Part shown: positions 31,419-41,317 of the stretch, one piece after another
Layout: each line of letters begins with the position of its first letter
Numbering within the stretch: position 1 is the stretch's first letter
Source: Candidatus Omnitrophota bacterium
Lineage (GTDB): Bacteria > Omnitrophota > Gorgyraeia > Gygaellales > Profunditerraquicolaceae
NCBI GenBank assembly: GCA_028717885.1
Contig: JAQUMX010000005.1
Coordinates: 4,838 to 68,837, forward strand
Reading direction: 5' to 3'
Length of the DNA stretch: 64,000 bases
Program-made: the position numbers and the translations under genes
The notes under the pieces: model-generated
Seen by the model: the letters and a program-made list of their open reading frames with translations, nothing else
The model's database searches: none
Told to the model about the DNA's origin: nothing

Positions 31419-34377
31419 TTATTCAAAGCCACGCAACCTTATCGCATATCTCATAACAGCTGTTTTGATTTTCAATTATGCGCTTGCCAATGCCGAGACC
31501 TACAGCGAAGCGGTAACCCACGCCCAGAATCACATCGATGATAACACTAATTTTATCCCTAATGACCCGCTCGTCTACAAAGAGATAATCGTCATTACGC
31601 CCGGCAGCACCGATTACGGCCTGACTTACGAAACTTACGGTACCGATGATTATCTTTCCTGCCGCACCTTCACTAAATCAAAAAACTTTTTCAATAGCTC
31701 GACACAGACGCTTACCGGGGTAGGAGATGCTACGATTTTCGGTAATCCCACTACTGATGCTGCCTGGGTAACTGTGGGTAATGACGCTACTAAGCTTCTT
31801 GACAGCCAATCCGCCACCGCTGCTACAGTGACTAATATTCTTGAGCGAGGCTTAGGGATGAATGATGATGCTTCGCATAATATGATTGTCGAATATGCGG
31901 TTGTCCCTGATAACGACAATATTATGCGCCCTACCCGGAAGCCTGATATTGCGGATTATTCTACGACTTCCAGCGATTATGCTTTTAGCGATAACTTCGA
32001 TAGCATTACTGCGCCTACAGGAATGCTAGCAACCACCTTGGCAAACCTCAAAGCATACCTTAAAGCCTGGCAAAAGGATGCCTTAGGTACGCTTGATGCT
32101 ACAGGAAACCCTACCTGGCATGATATCAGGCCGGTTGCCGGGCATGAAAACTGGAGCAGGTTTCCCTGGGGCCAACTTGGTTATACCTATTTTTGGAATA
32201 GCGGAGGGTTAGATTTAAAACATATACAAGGAATGACTGAATTCATTATTTTAGGGGGCACATCCGTAAAAATCATGGGGATTTATTCTCCGCAATCATA
32301 CTTTTATACGAAGAACCTGGGTGGGGTATTTAGTTCCGACGCGGACGCACAATACGGCAATGGTTTTCCGAATTTTAATATTACCGGAAGCTGCGATACT
32401 GTCTGGGCAGGAAATGCTTTTCAGAAAAACGTTTCTGCCAGCAGTGCTTCAGGAGACGAAAACACGATTACTATCGGCACTAACGGTTCGGTTTCCGGAG
32501 GGCAGGGGGTTTTAGTCTGGTCTACTAATTATAAGGTAACTAATAATGGTACTATCAGCGGGGCGACACAAAATAAACTTTACTATAATTCTTCCAGCAC
32601 CGGTTTGACCGGCACTGCGAATGTGGCAGTGCTTTTTAAGGGAGTGACAGACGACGCCGGCGGCTCAAATCAGCTGATTAATAACGGCACAATTTCCAGC
32701 CCCGGCACCGCTATCGAAGCAGATGCCGGAGTTACCTCGATCACAAATAACAGCGGAGGTATTATTTCCGGAGACGATTACGCTATTCTTACCGGCACCG
32801 GCAATGATATTGTCACGATAAAAGGCGGAGAGGTTACCGGTAATATAGATTTAGGTACCGGCACCGATTCATTCACTGTGGACAACACCAGTGTTGCCAA
32901 GCTGCATTTTTATCTGGACAGGGATTCGGAAAGTTCCGCGCAGATCGTAAACGCGGAAACCGTAAGTATCGCCGATGATACCATACTTGCGGTTGATGCG
33001 GCCGGCGGCACTAAAAATTTCCGTAATAACGAGCGTTTTCTGATCGCTCAATCTACCAACCCGATCACCGTGACTGCGGCTAACTTGACAATAGAGAACG
33101 ATGTAACATTGCCGATGATAGATTTTACCGCCAGCGCCGATTCCACACATCTTTATTTGACTGCAACCCGCAATAATTCATTTTATCAGGATAACAGCGG
33201 CAATAGTTCCTTGGGTGCAACTCTTGATGGTTTGGCAAATTCCTCGAGTGACGCAATGGCGGAGCTTCTTGGTGCCCTCGATGATACGGGAGATGCCGGC
33301 AATGCCCAGAAGTTGGAACCTGTTGCGGCCATGCCAGTAATCAATACTGCGATCCATAACTTGAATAATTTCGGCAATACTTTTTCCCAGCAGATGGCGC
33401 GGCTGAATAAAGAAGATGATTCGATAGAGGTATACGCGGTAAACAACGGAGAAAGGAAGCGCGTTCCGGAAAGTGTTTTAGATAATCTTTTAGCATATAA
33501 TAGCGATTCCATTTTGGAAAATTCTTTTTCCAGGCCGCAGAATTGGGAAATTTTTGCCAGCGGTTTCGGCACCATGGCTTTTCAGTCCGATCATGATAAT
33601 GCAATAGGCTATAAAGCCAAGGGAGGCGGTACGCAGTTCGGTTTTTACCACCGCACCACTGACCAGCTTTTGCTGGGCATGCTTGGCGGTTATATGTTCG
33701 ATAATATTAAATTGCACGAGGATTCCGGGTCACAGGATATTAATTCTGTGCGTATCGGCCCCTGCGCAAAATTATTGCGTGATCGTTTCTACGCCACCGG
33801 CGCTGTTACTTATGGATTTCATAACGTCCAGGCAGACCGGAAGATCCAATTTGGCACTGTTAACCTGCAGGCCGACGCAGATTATGACATGTTTGATCTT
33901 TCACCGTTTTTGGAAACCGGGTATATTTTCCGGCCGCTAAAAAACCTGGAGATTGTGCCGAATATTACCCTGCAATATGATTGGATGCATAACCAGTCTT
34001 ATGATGAATCGGGGGCAGGGGCAGCAAACTTAAGTGTCGAAGCATTCGATTCCAATTCTTTGATTTCCGTATTGGGTGTGCGTTTTAATGGCAGGATAGA
34101 CATGAAAGAAATAACCTTCCTGCCGGAATTTAATGTCGGCTGGCAGCATGAATATTTGGGAAGGGCAGGGGATATTAACGCTTCGTTTTCCAGCGAGTCT
34201 GCCGGGTCGTTTATGACCCGCACCAATGTCTTTGACCGCAGCGCCGTGCGTGCGGCAGTTGCGGCAAGTTTTATTTACGGCAAAAACCATAATTCTTTAT
34301 CGGTAGAGTACGACTCTGAAATTTACGATTCCGCATCGAATCATACCTTTAGCATTACTTGCCGTAATTATTTCTAA
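31405..34377 (+). CDS. autotransporter (type Va) outer-membrane protein
   Basis: Signal peptide. Passenger with NNGTISG / GTGNDIVTIKGGEVTGNIDLGTGTDSFTV repeats. C-terminal ~270 aa are beta-barrel-like and end in ...CRNYF. The GTG start overlaps the upstream gene by 14 nt. Confidence 0.7.
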   Translation: MQKNNYSKPRNLIAYLITAVLIFNYALANAETYSEAVTHAQNHIDDNTNFIPNDPLVYKEIIVITPGSTDYGLTYETYGTDDYLSCRTFTKSKNFFNSSTQTLTGVGDATIFGNPTTDAAWVTVGNDATKLLDSQSATAATVTNILERGLGMNDDASHNMIVEYAVVPDNDNIMRPTRKPDIADYSTTSSDYAFSDNFDSITAPTGMLATTLANLKAYLKAWQKDALGTLDATGNPTWHDIRPVAGHENWSRFPWGQLGYTYFWNSGGLDLKHIQGMTEFIILGGTSVKIMGIYSPQSYFYTKNLGGVFSSDADAQYGNGFPNFNITGSCDTVWAGNAFQKNVSASSASGDENTITIGTNGSVSGGQGVLVWSTNYKVTNNGTISGATQNKLYYNSSSTGLTGTANVAVLFKGVTDDAGGSNQLINNGTISSPGTAIEADAGVTSITNNSGGIISGDDYAILTGTGNDIVTIKGGEVTGNIDLGTGTDSFTVDNTSVAKLHFYLDRDSESSAQIVNAETVSIADDTILAVDAAGGTKNFRNNERFLIAQSTNPITVTAANLTIENDVTLPMIDFTASADSTHLYLTATRNNSFYQDNSGNSSLGATLDGLANSSSDAMAELLGALDDTGDAGNAQKLEPVAAMPVINTAIHNLNNFGNTFSQQMARLNKEDDSIEVYAVNNGERKRVPESVLDNLLAYNSDSILENSFSRPQNWEIFASGFGTMAFQSDHDNAIGYKAKGGGTQFGFYHRTTDQLLLGMLGGYMFDNIKLHEDSGSQDINSVRIGPCAKLLRDRFYATGAVTYGFHNVQADRKIQFGTVNLQADADYDMFDLSPFLETGYIFRPLKNLEIVPNITLQYDWMHNQSYDESGAGAANLSVEAFDSNSLISVLGVRFNGRIDMKEITFLPEFNVGWQHEYLGRAGDINASFSSESAGSFMTRTNVFDRSAVRAAVAASFIYGKNHNSLSVEYDSEIYDSASNHTFSITCRNYF

Positions 34378-34378
34378 C

Positions 34379-35209
34379 ATGATAATATTTACTCTGCTTA
34401 TTTTGTGTGCTTCTCTGATAGCCGGTTTTCTCGGCGCATTAACCGGGTTAGGCGGCGGGGTGGTGATTGTGCCTTTACTGACTTTGGTATTTAAGGTAGA
34501 TATTCGCTACGCTATCGGGGCATCGCTAATTTCAGTAATTGCTACTTCTTCGGGCGCTGCTTCTGCGTATGTTAAAGAGGGTTTTAGTAATATCCGTATC
34601 GGGATGTTTTTAGAAGTCGCTACTACTCTGGGGGCCTTGCTGGGGGTTTTTATTGCCACAAAATTATCCCCTTCGATAATTGCCATTATCTTTGGTTTAA
34701 TCCTCATTCATTCAGCTTATTTGACTTTAAAACGCATAAGCGAGCCGGCATTGGCGCACAAGCCGGATCCTTTAGCGCAGCGCCTTAAGTTTGACAGTAA
34801 GTATCCTGTTCCCGGAGGCTTTGAATCTTACCATGTGCAGGGAGTACCATTAGGTTTTTGTTTAATGTTTTTAGCCGGAAGCATTTCAGGCTTACTTGGC
34901 ATTGGCTCAGGCGCGGTAAAAGTCCTGGCAATGGACCAGGCAATGCGCATACCTTTTAAAGTTTCTACAGCCACGAGTAATTTTATGATCGGCGTTACCG
35001 CAGCTGCAGGCGCAGGGGTTTATCTAAACCGCGGCTATATTGACCCTGTTCTGTCTATGCCGGTAGTATTAGGAGTATTGTTGGGCTCATTGTTGGGCGC
35101 GCGGCATTTATTTACAGCGGAAACAAAAAACTTACGCATTATCTTCAGCATAATCATTTTTCTATTGGCATTAGAAATGATCTATTCCGGAGTAAAGGGG
35201 CATATTTAA
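34379..35209 (+). CDS. TauE/SafE-family (DUF81) anion exporter
   Basis: Two-fold repeat of GxGGG-containing TM bundles (GALTGLGGGVVIVPLL ; GLLGIGSGAVKVLAM). Confidence 0.8.
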   Translation: MIIFTLLILCASLIAGFLGALTGLGGGVVIVPLLTLVFKVDIRYAIGASLISVIATSSGAASAYVKEGFSNIRIGMFLEVATTLGALLGVFIATKLSPSIIAIIFGLILIHSAYLTLKRISEPALAHKPDPLAQRLKFDSKYPVPGGFESYHVQGVPLGFCLMFLAGSISGLLGIGSGAVKVLAMDQAMRIPFKVSTATSNFMIGVTAAAGAGVYLNRGYIDPVLSMPVVLGVLLGSLLGARHLFTAETKNLRIIFSIIIFLLALEMIYSGVKGHI

Positions 35210-35210
35210 A

Positions 35211-35597
35211 ATGGCGCAACGAACTAAAGCCTGGACTGACCATCAGGTAGAAATATTTATCGGCAACCTCTTAAGAATCGGCGTAATCACGTCAGCCCTT
35301 TTGGTTTTCTTGGGAGGTTTAGTTTATTTATTGCGCCACGGTTTTGCTTTACCGGATTTTAAATCCTTTAGAGGCGAGCCCGAAGAGCTTTGCCATGTAG
35401 GTGGAATTATAAAATACGCATTTTCTTTGCACCCAAGAGGATTGATCCAGTTGGGATTGCTGTTATTGATTGCCACCCCGGTTGCGCGAGTGGTATTTTC
35501 CATTTTTGCGTTCCTACGCCAGCGGGATAAGATGTATGTGATTGTAACTTCAATAGTGCTGCTTATTTTATGTTATAGCCTCTTCGGCAGCAGATAA
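35211..35597 (+). CDS. DUF1634-family membrane protein (usual partner of DUF81 permeases)
   Basis: 128 aa with three or four TM segments. Starts 2 nt after the TauE stop. Confidence 0.6.
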   Translation: MAQRTKAWTDHQVEIFIGNLLRIGVITSALLVFLGGLVYLLRHGFALPDFKSFRGEPEELCHVGGIIKYAFSLHPRGLIQLGLLLLIATPVARVVFSIFAFLRQRDKMYVIVTSIVLLILCYSLFGSR

Positions 35598-35607
35598 AAA
35601 GCAAGCC

Positions 35608-36270
35608 ATGAATAAGCTGATCATTTTATTTTTTCTGGTTTTGGGGTTAAACGGATGCGTAACACCTGCCAAACAGCCTCTTCAATCTCCGCTTGGCCTA
35701 ATAGAAAATCCTATTGTAGACAGCGATATTACCCTGGAGGAAGCTTTACGTAAAGAAGCCCCTGCGGAATTTAAAGCCAGGCAAAGGATGGTTAATGTGT
35801 TTTATTATTCTTTTGACGGAAAAATCCACCGCGGCCAGGTGGTAATAGAAGAGAGGCTGGCAGGGGAGATTGAAGAAGTTTTTCAGGTGGCTTTGGAAAA
35901 TAAATTCCCGATTACTTCGGTAATCCCGATTTCCCATGACCGGTTCTTTAGTAATGGCAAATGGAACGAAGATGACCTTTCCATGCATTCCAATAATACT
36001 TCGGCTTTCAACTACCGTAAGGTCACCGGCGGAAATTCCCTTTCCAGGCACGCCTATGGTTATGCGATTGATATTAATCCCGTGCAAAATCCCTATATAA
36101 AGGGAGGGGTGGTTTTGCCTGCCGGCGCAGTATATGACCCCCGCCAACCCGGAACGCTTACGCCTGATTGCCCGGTAGTAAAAACTTTCTTGCGCCTGGG
36201 GTGGACTTGGGGCGGTAATTGGCATTCCCTGAAAGATTACCAGCATTTCGAGAAAGTCCTTTCGGAATAA
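35608..36270 (+). CDS. M15-family D-Ala-D-Ala carboxypeptidase-like metallopeptidase lipoprotein
   Basis: Lipobox LGLNGC. SRHAYGYAIDINP and WGGNW...DYQHFE give the H-D-H zinc triad pattern. Confidence 0.75.
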   Translation: MNKLIILFFLVLGLNGCVTPAKQPLQSPLGLIENPIVDSDITLEEALRKEAPAEFKARQRMVNVFYYSFDGKIHRGQVVIEERLAGEIEEVFQVALENKFPITSVIPISHDRFFSNGKWNEDDLSMHSNNTSAFNYRKVTGGNSLSRHAYGYAIDINPVQNPYIKGGVVLPAGAVYDPRQPGTLTPDCPVVKTFLRLGWTWGGNWHSLKDYQHFEKVLSE

Positions 36271-36289
36271 TCCTTTTAAAAAAAATCCC

Positions 36290-36360
36290 TTGCAAAATAT
36301 AAAATGAATAGTATAATCATAAAATGAATATTCTACTGTTAAAATGAATACAAATTCATT
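36290..36360 (+). promoter_or_regulatory. promoter plus operator array of tetR-2
   Basis: TTGCAA (36290-36295), 16-nt spacer, TATAAT (36312-36317). AAAATGAATA occurs at 36301, 36321 and 36341 (exact 20-bp phasing). The last copy forms the palindrome AATGAAT-ACAA-ATTCATT (36343-36360). Confidence 0.55.
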
Positions 36361-36388
36361 AATTATGATGATACTCTAAGGAGGCAAA

Positions 36389-37006
36389 ATGATTACCTTA
36401 ACCAGGAAAGAAAGAGACAGGCAGCTGCGTAAAACAGATATTATAAAAGCCGCGGAGCGTATCTTTGCCTTAAAAGGGTTCCATGCGGCAACCATGCAGG
36501 ATATTGCCAAAGAAGCCCAGTATGCGACCGGCACGGTTTACCTGTATTTTAGAGATAAGGATACGCTTTATTTTTCCCTTGTGGAAGAAAAATTGCAGGA
36601 TTTGCTGGAAAGCGTAAAAATAGATATCGCTAAAGTGCTTGATGCGGAGGATAAGATCAGAATTTGCCTGGACCATAACCTTGATTTTTTCGAAAAAAAT
36701 CAGGATTTTTTCCGCATTTTCCTGTCAGAGAGGACCAAAATCCAGGTACAGAAGGAGAATAAGCTTTATAAATCGTCGGTTTTGTTGCAGTATAAGGAAT
36801 TTATCGTCAGCCTCGTAAAAATCGGCCAACAGCAGAAAATTATCAGGAATGATTACGAAGCCGGGCAAATTGCGGAAATTTTTTTCTCTATTTTTGTGTC
36901 TATGATTATCGATTGGTTTATGAAGGAACCGAAAAATAGCGCGCGCTTAACCAATCTATCCGGGTTTATCCTGGATGTGTTTTTAAGAGGAGTAGGGAGA
37001 AAGTAA
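36389..37006 (+). CDS. TetR/AcrR-family transcriptional repressor (paralogue 2)
   Basis: RKERDRQLRKTDIIKAAERIFALKGFHAATMQDIAKEAQYATGTVYLYFRDKDTLYF is nearly colinear with the 5732 TetR. Heads the TolC/EmrAB-like operon. Confidence 0.9.
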   Translation: MITLTRKERDRQLRKTDIIKAAERIFALKGFHAATMQDIAKEAQYATGTVYLYFRDKDTLYFSLVEEKLQDLLESVKIDIAKVLDAEDKIRICLDHNLDFFEKNQDFFRIFLSERTKIQVQKENKLYKSSVLLQYKEFIVSLVKIGQQQKIIRNDYEAGQIAEIFFSIFVSMIIDWFMKEPKNSARLTNLSGFILDVFLRGVGRK

Positions 37007-38338
37007 GTGAAACGAAGAATTGCCTCCATCATATTGATTTCCGGCATATTTTTTCATCTTGAGCCTTTGTGCGCAGAGGAAAGGGGCAGGGTAATCACGA
37101 TTTCGCAGGGGATCCAGATGGTGCTTAAGGATAACCGCCTGATCAAAGTGACTTTACCTGACAATGAGATGGCTTATCAGGATTCATTGGTGAGCCGCTC
37201 GGCATTATTGCCGAACTTGAATGTCAGCGCAATTAAAACCTATAACCAATTCCAACCTAAAATGAAATTCGGCGCATCGGAAGTTGCAGTTTCCAATAAA
37301 GACCCGTTTTCTTTCGGGGTGGATGTTTATCAAACCCTTTTCGACTTCGGCAAAAGCCTTAACTATTATCGCGCTTCAAAGGATTCCTGGAAAGCCGCAA
37401 AAGCCCATACCGAAAGCGTAAAAAGAGTAGCAGTGCTGGAATTCATCGTCGCTTATTTCGACCTTCTGGAGTCGGAAAAAATGATCGAAGTAGCCCAAAA
37501 AGAAGTAGAGAGCCTTACCTCTTACCTTGATGATATCGGGCATCTTTATGAACAGGGAGTAGTGGTAAAGAATGATTTACTGCCTGCGCAAGTAAAGCTT
37601 GCCGATGCCAAGCAAAAATTAATCGCAGCTAATAATGCCCGGGAAGTTATTGCTGCCCGTTTAAATAATATCCTTGCTATATCCTTACGCGAAAAAATCG
37701 CAGTACAAGATATAAAAATGGCTTCCCCGGCATTGCCGGAAATGGAAGCTGCCTGGAAACAGGCGCAGGAACAAAGGCCGGAAGTTGCATTTTACGTAGA
37801 TCAGATTAAAGCTTCTTTTTCCCGCGAGAGGGCAAAGGCCGTGGAAAATTTTCCGGTAGTTTATGCCGACGGAGGTTTTACCTATAATCAGAATCAATAC
37901 CAGGCGCATGAGGATAATGCTTCGGTTAATTTGGGCGCAAAGATGAATCTCTATGATGGAGGGCTTGCTAGGGCGGAATTACTCAAAGAGCGCTCGCGCC
38001 AGGGCCAGCTTAAGGAACAAAAAGAAAAGCTGATCGAGGATATTAAATTCGAGATCGAAGACAGTTTTTTCGGCTTAAAAAATTCTATCGAGAAAGTAGT
38101 GGTTTCACAGGATGCATTGAACCAGGCAGATGAAAACGTGCGTTTTTACCGGGTGAAATATAATGTGGGAAGCGCTACCTCTACTGATGTGCTTGAGGCA
38201 ATTACCCTGCAGACCCGCGCACAAACAAATTATTATGGCGCAGACTATGATTTAAAACGCGATTATGCAAAACTTATTTATGCCATGGGAGTTGACCTGG
38301 CCTCCACTTATGAGGAAATAGAAAAGGAGAAAAAATGA
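37007..38338 (+). CDS. TolC-family outer-membrane efflux protein
   Basis: 443 aa with a signal peptide and two-fold repeated coiled-coil/beta architecture. GTG start directly after the tetR-2 stop, with a GGGAGAAAG SD. Confidence 0.8.
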   Translation: MKRRIASIILISGIFFHLEPLCAEERGRVITISQGIQMVLKDNRLIKVTLPDNEMAYQDSLVSRSALLPNLNVSAIKTYNQFQPKMKFGASEVAVSNKDPFSFGVDVYQTLFDFGKSLNYYRASKDSWKAAKAHTESVKRVAVLEFIVAYFDLLESEKMIEVAQKEVESLTSYLDDIGHLYEQGVVVKNDLLPAQVKLADAKQKLIAANNAREVIAARLNNILAISLREKIAVQDIKMASPALPEMEAAWKQAQEQRPEVAFYVDQIKASFSRERAKAVENFPVVYADGGFTYNQNQYQAHEDNASVNLGAKMNLYDGGLARAELLKERSRQGQLKEQKEKLIEDIKFEIEDSFFGLKNSIEKVVVSQDALNQADENVRFYRVKYNVGSATSTDVLEAITLQTRAQTNYYGADYDLKRDYAKLIYAMGVDLASTYEEIEKEKK

Positions 38339-39207
38339 GTTTACCGAATACCAAGAAGGGGAAGATTGTTTTCGTCCTGGCAATATTAGGCATTTTGCTT
38401 GCCGGCGCGTTACTTGTTTATATTGTCTATGGCTTTAATCATATCACTACCGATGACGCATATATAGAAGGTAGGATCCATAGTATTGCGCCGAAGATAC
38501 CGGGAACGGTAAAAGCAGTAGCCGTGGAAGATAACCAAAACGTCCGAAAGGGCGAGGTATTGGTGGAGATTGACCCGGTGGATTATGAATTGAAGGTCAA
38601 TGAGGCCCAGGCAAATTTTGACATTCGTAAAGCTTCTTTTGAGCAGGCAGCGCGGGATAAAGAGCGCGCAGAGGTGCTTTTTAAGCAGGAGGTTTATCCA
38701 AAGGAACGGTATGAAAATACCTTTACCGCGTATAATCTGACCAAAGCGCAAATGGAAGCTGCCCAGGCGCAATTAAAAATCGCCCAGCAAAACCTGGAAT
38801 ATACGAAAATTTACGCGCCCACAGACGGTTATGTTACGAAAAAGTCGGTTGAGACAGGCAACCAGCTGCAAGCCGGCCAGCCATTGATGGCAGTGATTGC
38901 TTTGGATGATATCTGGGTGATTGCGAATTATAAAGAAACGCAGTTAAAGAACGTCAAACCCGGCCAGCGCGTGGTAATAAAAATAGATACCTATCCCGGG
39001 AAAAAATTCTTAGGGAAAGTCGATAGTATCATGGCGGGCACAGGGGCTGCGTTTTCCTTGTTTCCTCCGGAAAATGCGCTGGGAAACTATGTAAAAGTCG
39101 TGCAGAGAATTCCCGTAAAGATCGTTTTCGACAAAAATACCGACACCAAACATGTATTGCGTATAGGCATGTCATGCGTCCCTACGATTATCGCAAAGAA
39201 TGAATAA
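38335..39207 (+). CDS. HlyD/EmrA-family membrane fusion protein
   Basis: N-terminal TM segment, ITTDDAYIEGRIHSIAPKIPGTV, YTKIYAPTDGYVTKKSVETG. ATGA overlap with the upstream gene. Confidence 0.88.
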   Translation: MSLPNTKKGKIVFVLAILGILLAGALLVYIVYGFNHITTDDAYIEGRIHSIAPKIPGTVKAVAVEDNQNVRKGEVLVEIDPVDYELKVNEAQANFDIRKASFEQAARDKERAEVLFKQEVYPKERYENTFTAYNLTKAQMEAAQAQLKIAQQNLEYTKIYAPTDGYVTKKSVETGNQLQAGQPLMAVIALDDIWVIANYKETQLKNVKPGQRVVIKIDTYPGKKFLGKVDSIMAGTGAAFSLFPPENALGNYVKVVQRIPVKIVFDKNTDTKHVLRIGMSCVPTIIAKNE

Positions 39208-40735
39208 AGCAAGTAAGTGGATTATTGCTTTAGCAGTAGTACTTCCTACCTTACTAGAAGTTATCGATACCTCGGTAGTAAATGTTTCTCTTGACCATAT
39301 CCGCGGCAGCCTTTCCGCAGGTATTGATGAAGCTACCTGGGCAATTACCGCATATCTTGTATCCAACGCCATAATCATCCCGATGACCGGATGGTTGAGC
39401 AGTGTTTTCGGGCGTAAGCGGTATCTTATATTTTCCGTAGTGCTTTTTACGATTAGTTCCTTTATGTGCGGAAGTGCGACCAGCCTGGCAATGCTGGTTT
39501 TCTTCCGGATAGTACAGGGAATAGGCGGCGGCGCGCTTCAGCCTATTTCACAGACAATACTTTTAGAGGCATTTCCTCCTGCGGAATACGGTATGGCGAT
39601 GGCGCTTTTTGGAGTAGGGGTAATGTTTGGCCCGATCGTTGGACCGGTTTTAGGAGGATGGATTACCGATAATTGGTCGTGGAACTGGATTTTTTATATT
39701 AATATTCCTATCGGGATCCTTTCGGTCATCATGATTATGATGGTTATTCAGGACCCGCCGTATTTAAAAAAGGTAAGAAAAAAAATCGATTATTGGGGGA
39801 TTGGCCTGGTTACTGTTGGTATCGGCTGCCTGCAGGTAATCCTTGATAAAGGGCAGCGCGAAGATTGGTTTTCTTCTGCTTTTATTACGAGGCTGGCGAT
39901 CATTGCATTTGTGAGCCTGGTTATTTTCGTGATTGTGGAGTTGCGGTCGCGCGAACCCATCCTTAATTTAAGGGAATTGAAAGATATTTCTTTTGCCAGC
40001 GCAAATATTATCCAGTCCTGCGCGTTTTTTGTGCTTTTTGGCAGCATCCTGTTGATGCCGCTTTTTGTGCAGCAGCTTTTGGGCTATAATTCTTTTCTTT
40101 CCGGTATGGCATTGGCTCCCGGAGGGGTGGCTACTTTGATTGCAATGCCGATAACGGGAAAGCTAATCTCCAAAGTCAGCCCAAAGGCAGTTTTGGCTTT
40201 TGGCCAGCTGATTACCGCGTATTCTATTTTCACCATGTCAAAATTCAATTTATATATCGATTTTTATACCGTAGCGCTTTCCAGGATTTTAATGGGGGTA
40301 GGGATGGCAATGGTTTTTGTCCCTTTATCGAGTATGGCTTTCAGTACGATTAAAAAAGAAGAGATGGGTAATGCTACTAGCATCTTTAGCCTGTTGCGTA
40401 ATATCTCCGGAAGTTTCGGCGTGGCAATAATGACCACTTTGCTTGCTCGTAGGGCACAGTTCCATCAGTTTCGCCTTAACGAAGCCTTAAACCCGTTTGA
40501 CTTAAATTATCAGATGGGGCTTTACAAAAGTACAGGTATAATAGGAGCGCAGACCGGTGTTGCTAATGGTACAGCTGCTAAAGGCCTGATCTATCAGCAA
40601 ATGCTTAGGCAATCGGTTTTATTTTCCTTTACTGATGCCTTTTATTTTGCTACCCTGATTTTACTTTGTATTATTCCGCTGATATTTTTATTGAAGGAAT
40701 CGCGAAGCGGTCAAAGAGAAGCCATGGTGCATTAA
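39200..40735 (+). CDS. DHA2-family MFS drug efflux transporter (EmrB/QacA type, 14 TM)
   Basis: LEVIDTSVVNVSLDHIRGSL, GWLSSVFGRKR, FRIVQGIGGGAL. Overlaps the upstream gene by 8 nt. Confidence 0.9.
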   Translation: MNKASKWIIALAVVLPTLLEVIDTSVVNVSLDHIRGSLSAGIDEATWAITAYLVSNAIIIPMTGWLSSVFGRKRYLIFSVVLFTISSFMCGSATSLAMLVFFRIVQGIGGGALQPISQTILLEAFPPAEYGMAMALFGVGVMFGPIVGPVLGGWITDNWSWNWIFYINIPIGILSVIMIMMVIQDPPYLKKVRKKIDYWGIGLVTVGIGCLQVILDKGQREDWFSSAFITRLAIIAFVSLVIFVIVELRSREPILNLRELKDISFASANIIQSCAFFVLFGSILLMPLFVQQLLGYNSFLSGMALAPGGVATLIAMPITGKLISKVSPKAVLAFGQLITAYSIFTMSKFNLYIDFYTVALSRILMGVGMAMVFVPLSSMAFSTIKKEEMGNATSIFSLLRNISGSFGVAIMTTLLARRAQFHQFRLNEALNPFDLNYQMGLYKSTGIIGAQTGVANGTAAKGLIYQQMLRQSVLFSFTDAFYFATLILLCIIPLIFLLKESRSGQREAMVH

Positions 40736-40754
40736 TATTTTAAAGGAGGGGAAG

Positions 40755-41231
40755 ATGAAACAGGTGAGGATAATTTTTAGTTCCTTATTTTTTCTTTTTA
40801 TCAGCTTGATTATTGCGCAGGCGCAGGAATTATTGCCGGACCTGCAAGTTGACTCGATAAATTTTACTCCCGTCCCTAAAGAAAACGGAGCAATCAATTC
40901 AGCAAAGATCAGTATTTCAAACCAGGGAAAGGCGGACGCAGCAGCATGTGTTTTAGGCTTAAGTTGCACGGTAAAGCAATGTAATGAAGGAAAAAAATGC
41001 GATGAGCTCAGCCGATTGATCTCTGCGGATATCGCAGTGCCTGCCTTAAAGCAGGGGGAGAAGGCTGATTTGTTATGGCAACCGGCTGCCCCGATGCTTT
41101 GGGTCTCCGGAAAGTATTCCCTGATAGTCTCTATCGACAAGTATAACGTAGTAAAAGAATCGGATGAATTGGATAATAATGCGCAAAGCACAACTTTTGT
41201 ACAATCGCTTTCTCCGCGCGCATCGCCGTAG
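40755..41231 (+). CDS. secreted CARDB-like domain protein
   Basis: Signal peptide, then LPDLQVDSINFTP...ISISNQGKADA...DKYNVVKESDELDNN (CARDB-style PDL...N.G...ES.E.NN). Confidence 0.5.
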   Translation: MKQVRIIFSSLFFLFISLIIAQAQELLPDLQVDSINFTPVPKENGAINSAKISISNQGKADAAACVLGLSCTVKQCNEGKKCDELSRLISADIAVPALKQGEKADLLWQPAAPMLWVSGKYSLIVSIDKYNVVKESDELDNNAQSTTFVQSLSPRASP

Positions 41232-41317
41232 CGCTGCTACGTATCCGGCCATCCAGGGTGTTATTTAATAAAATTTTTTATTGCAAAATAGAAAATTTAT
41301 TTATATAATATTCCTAA

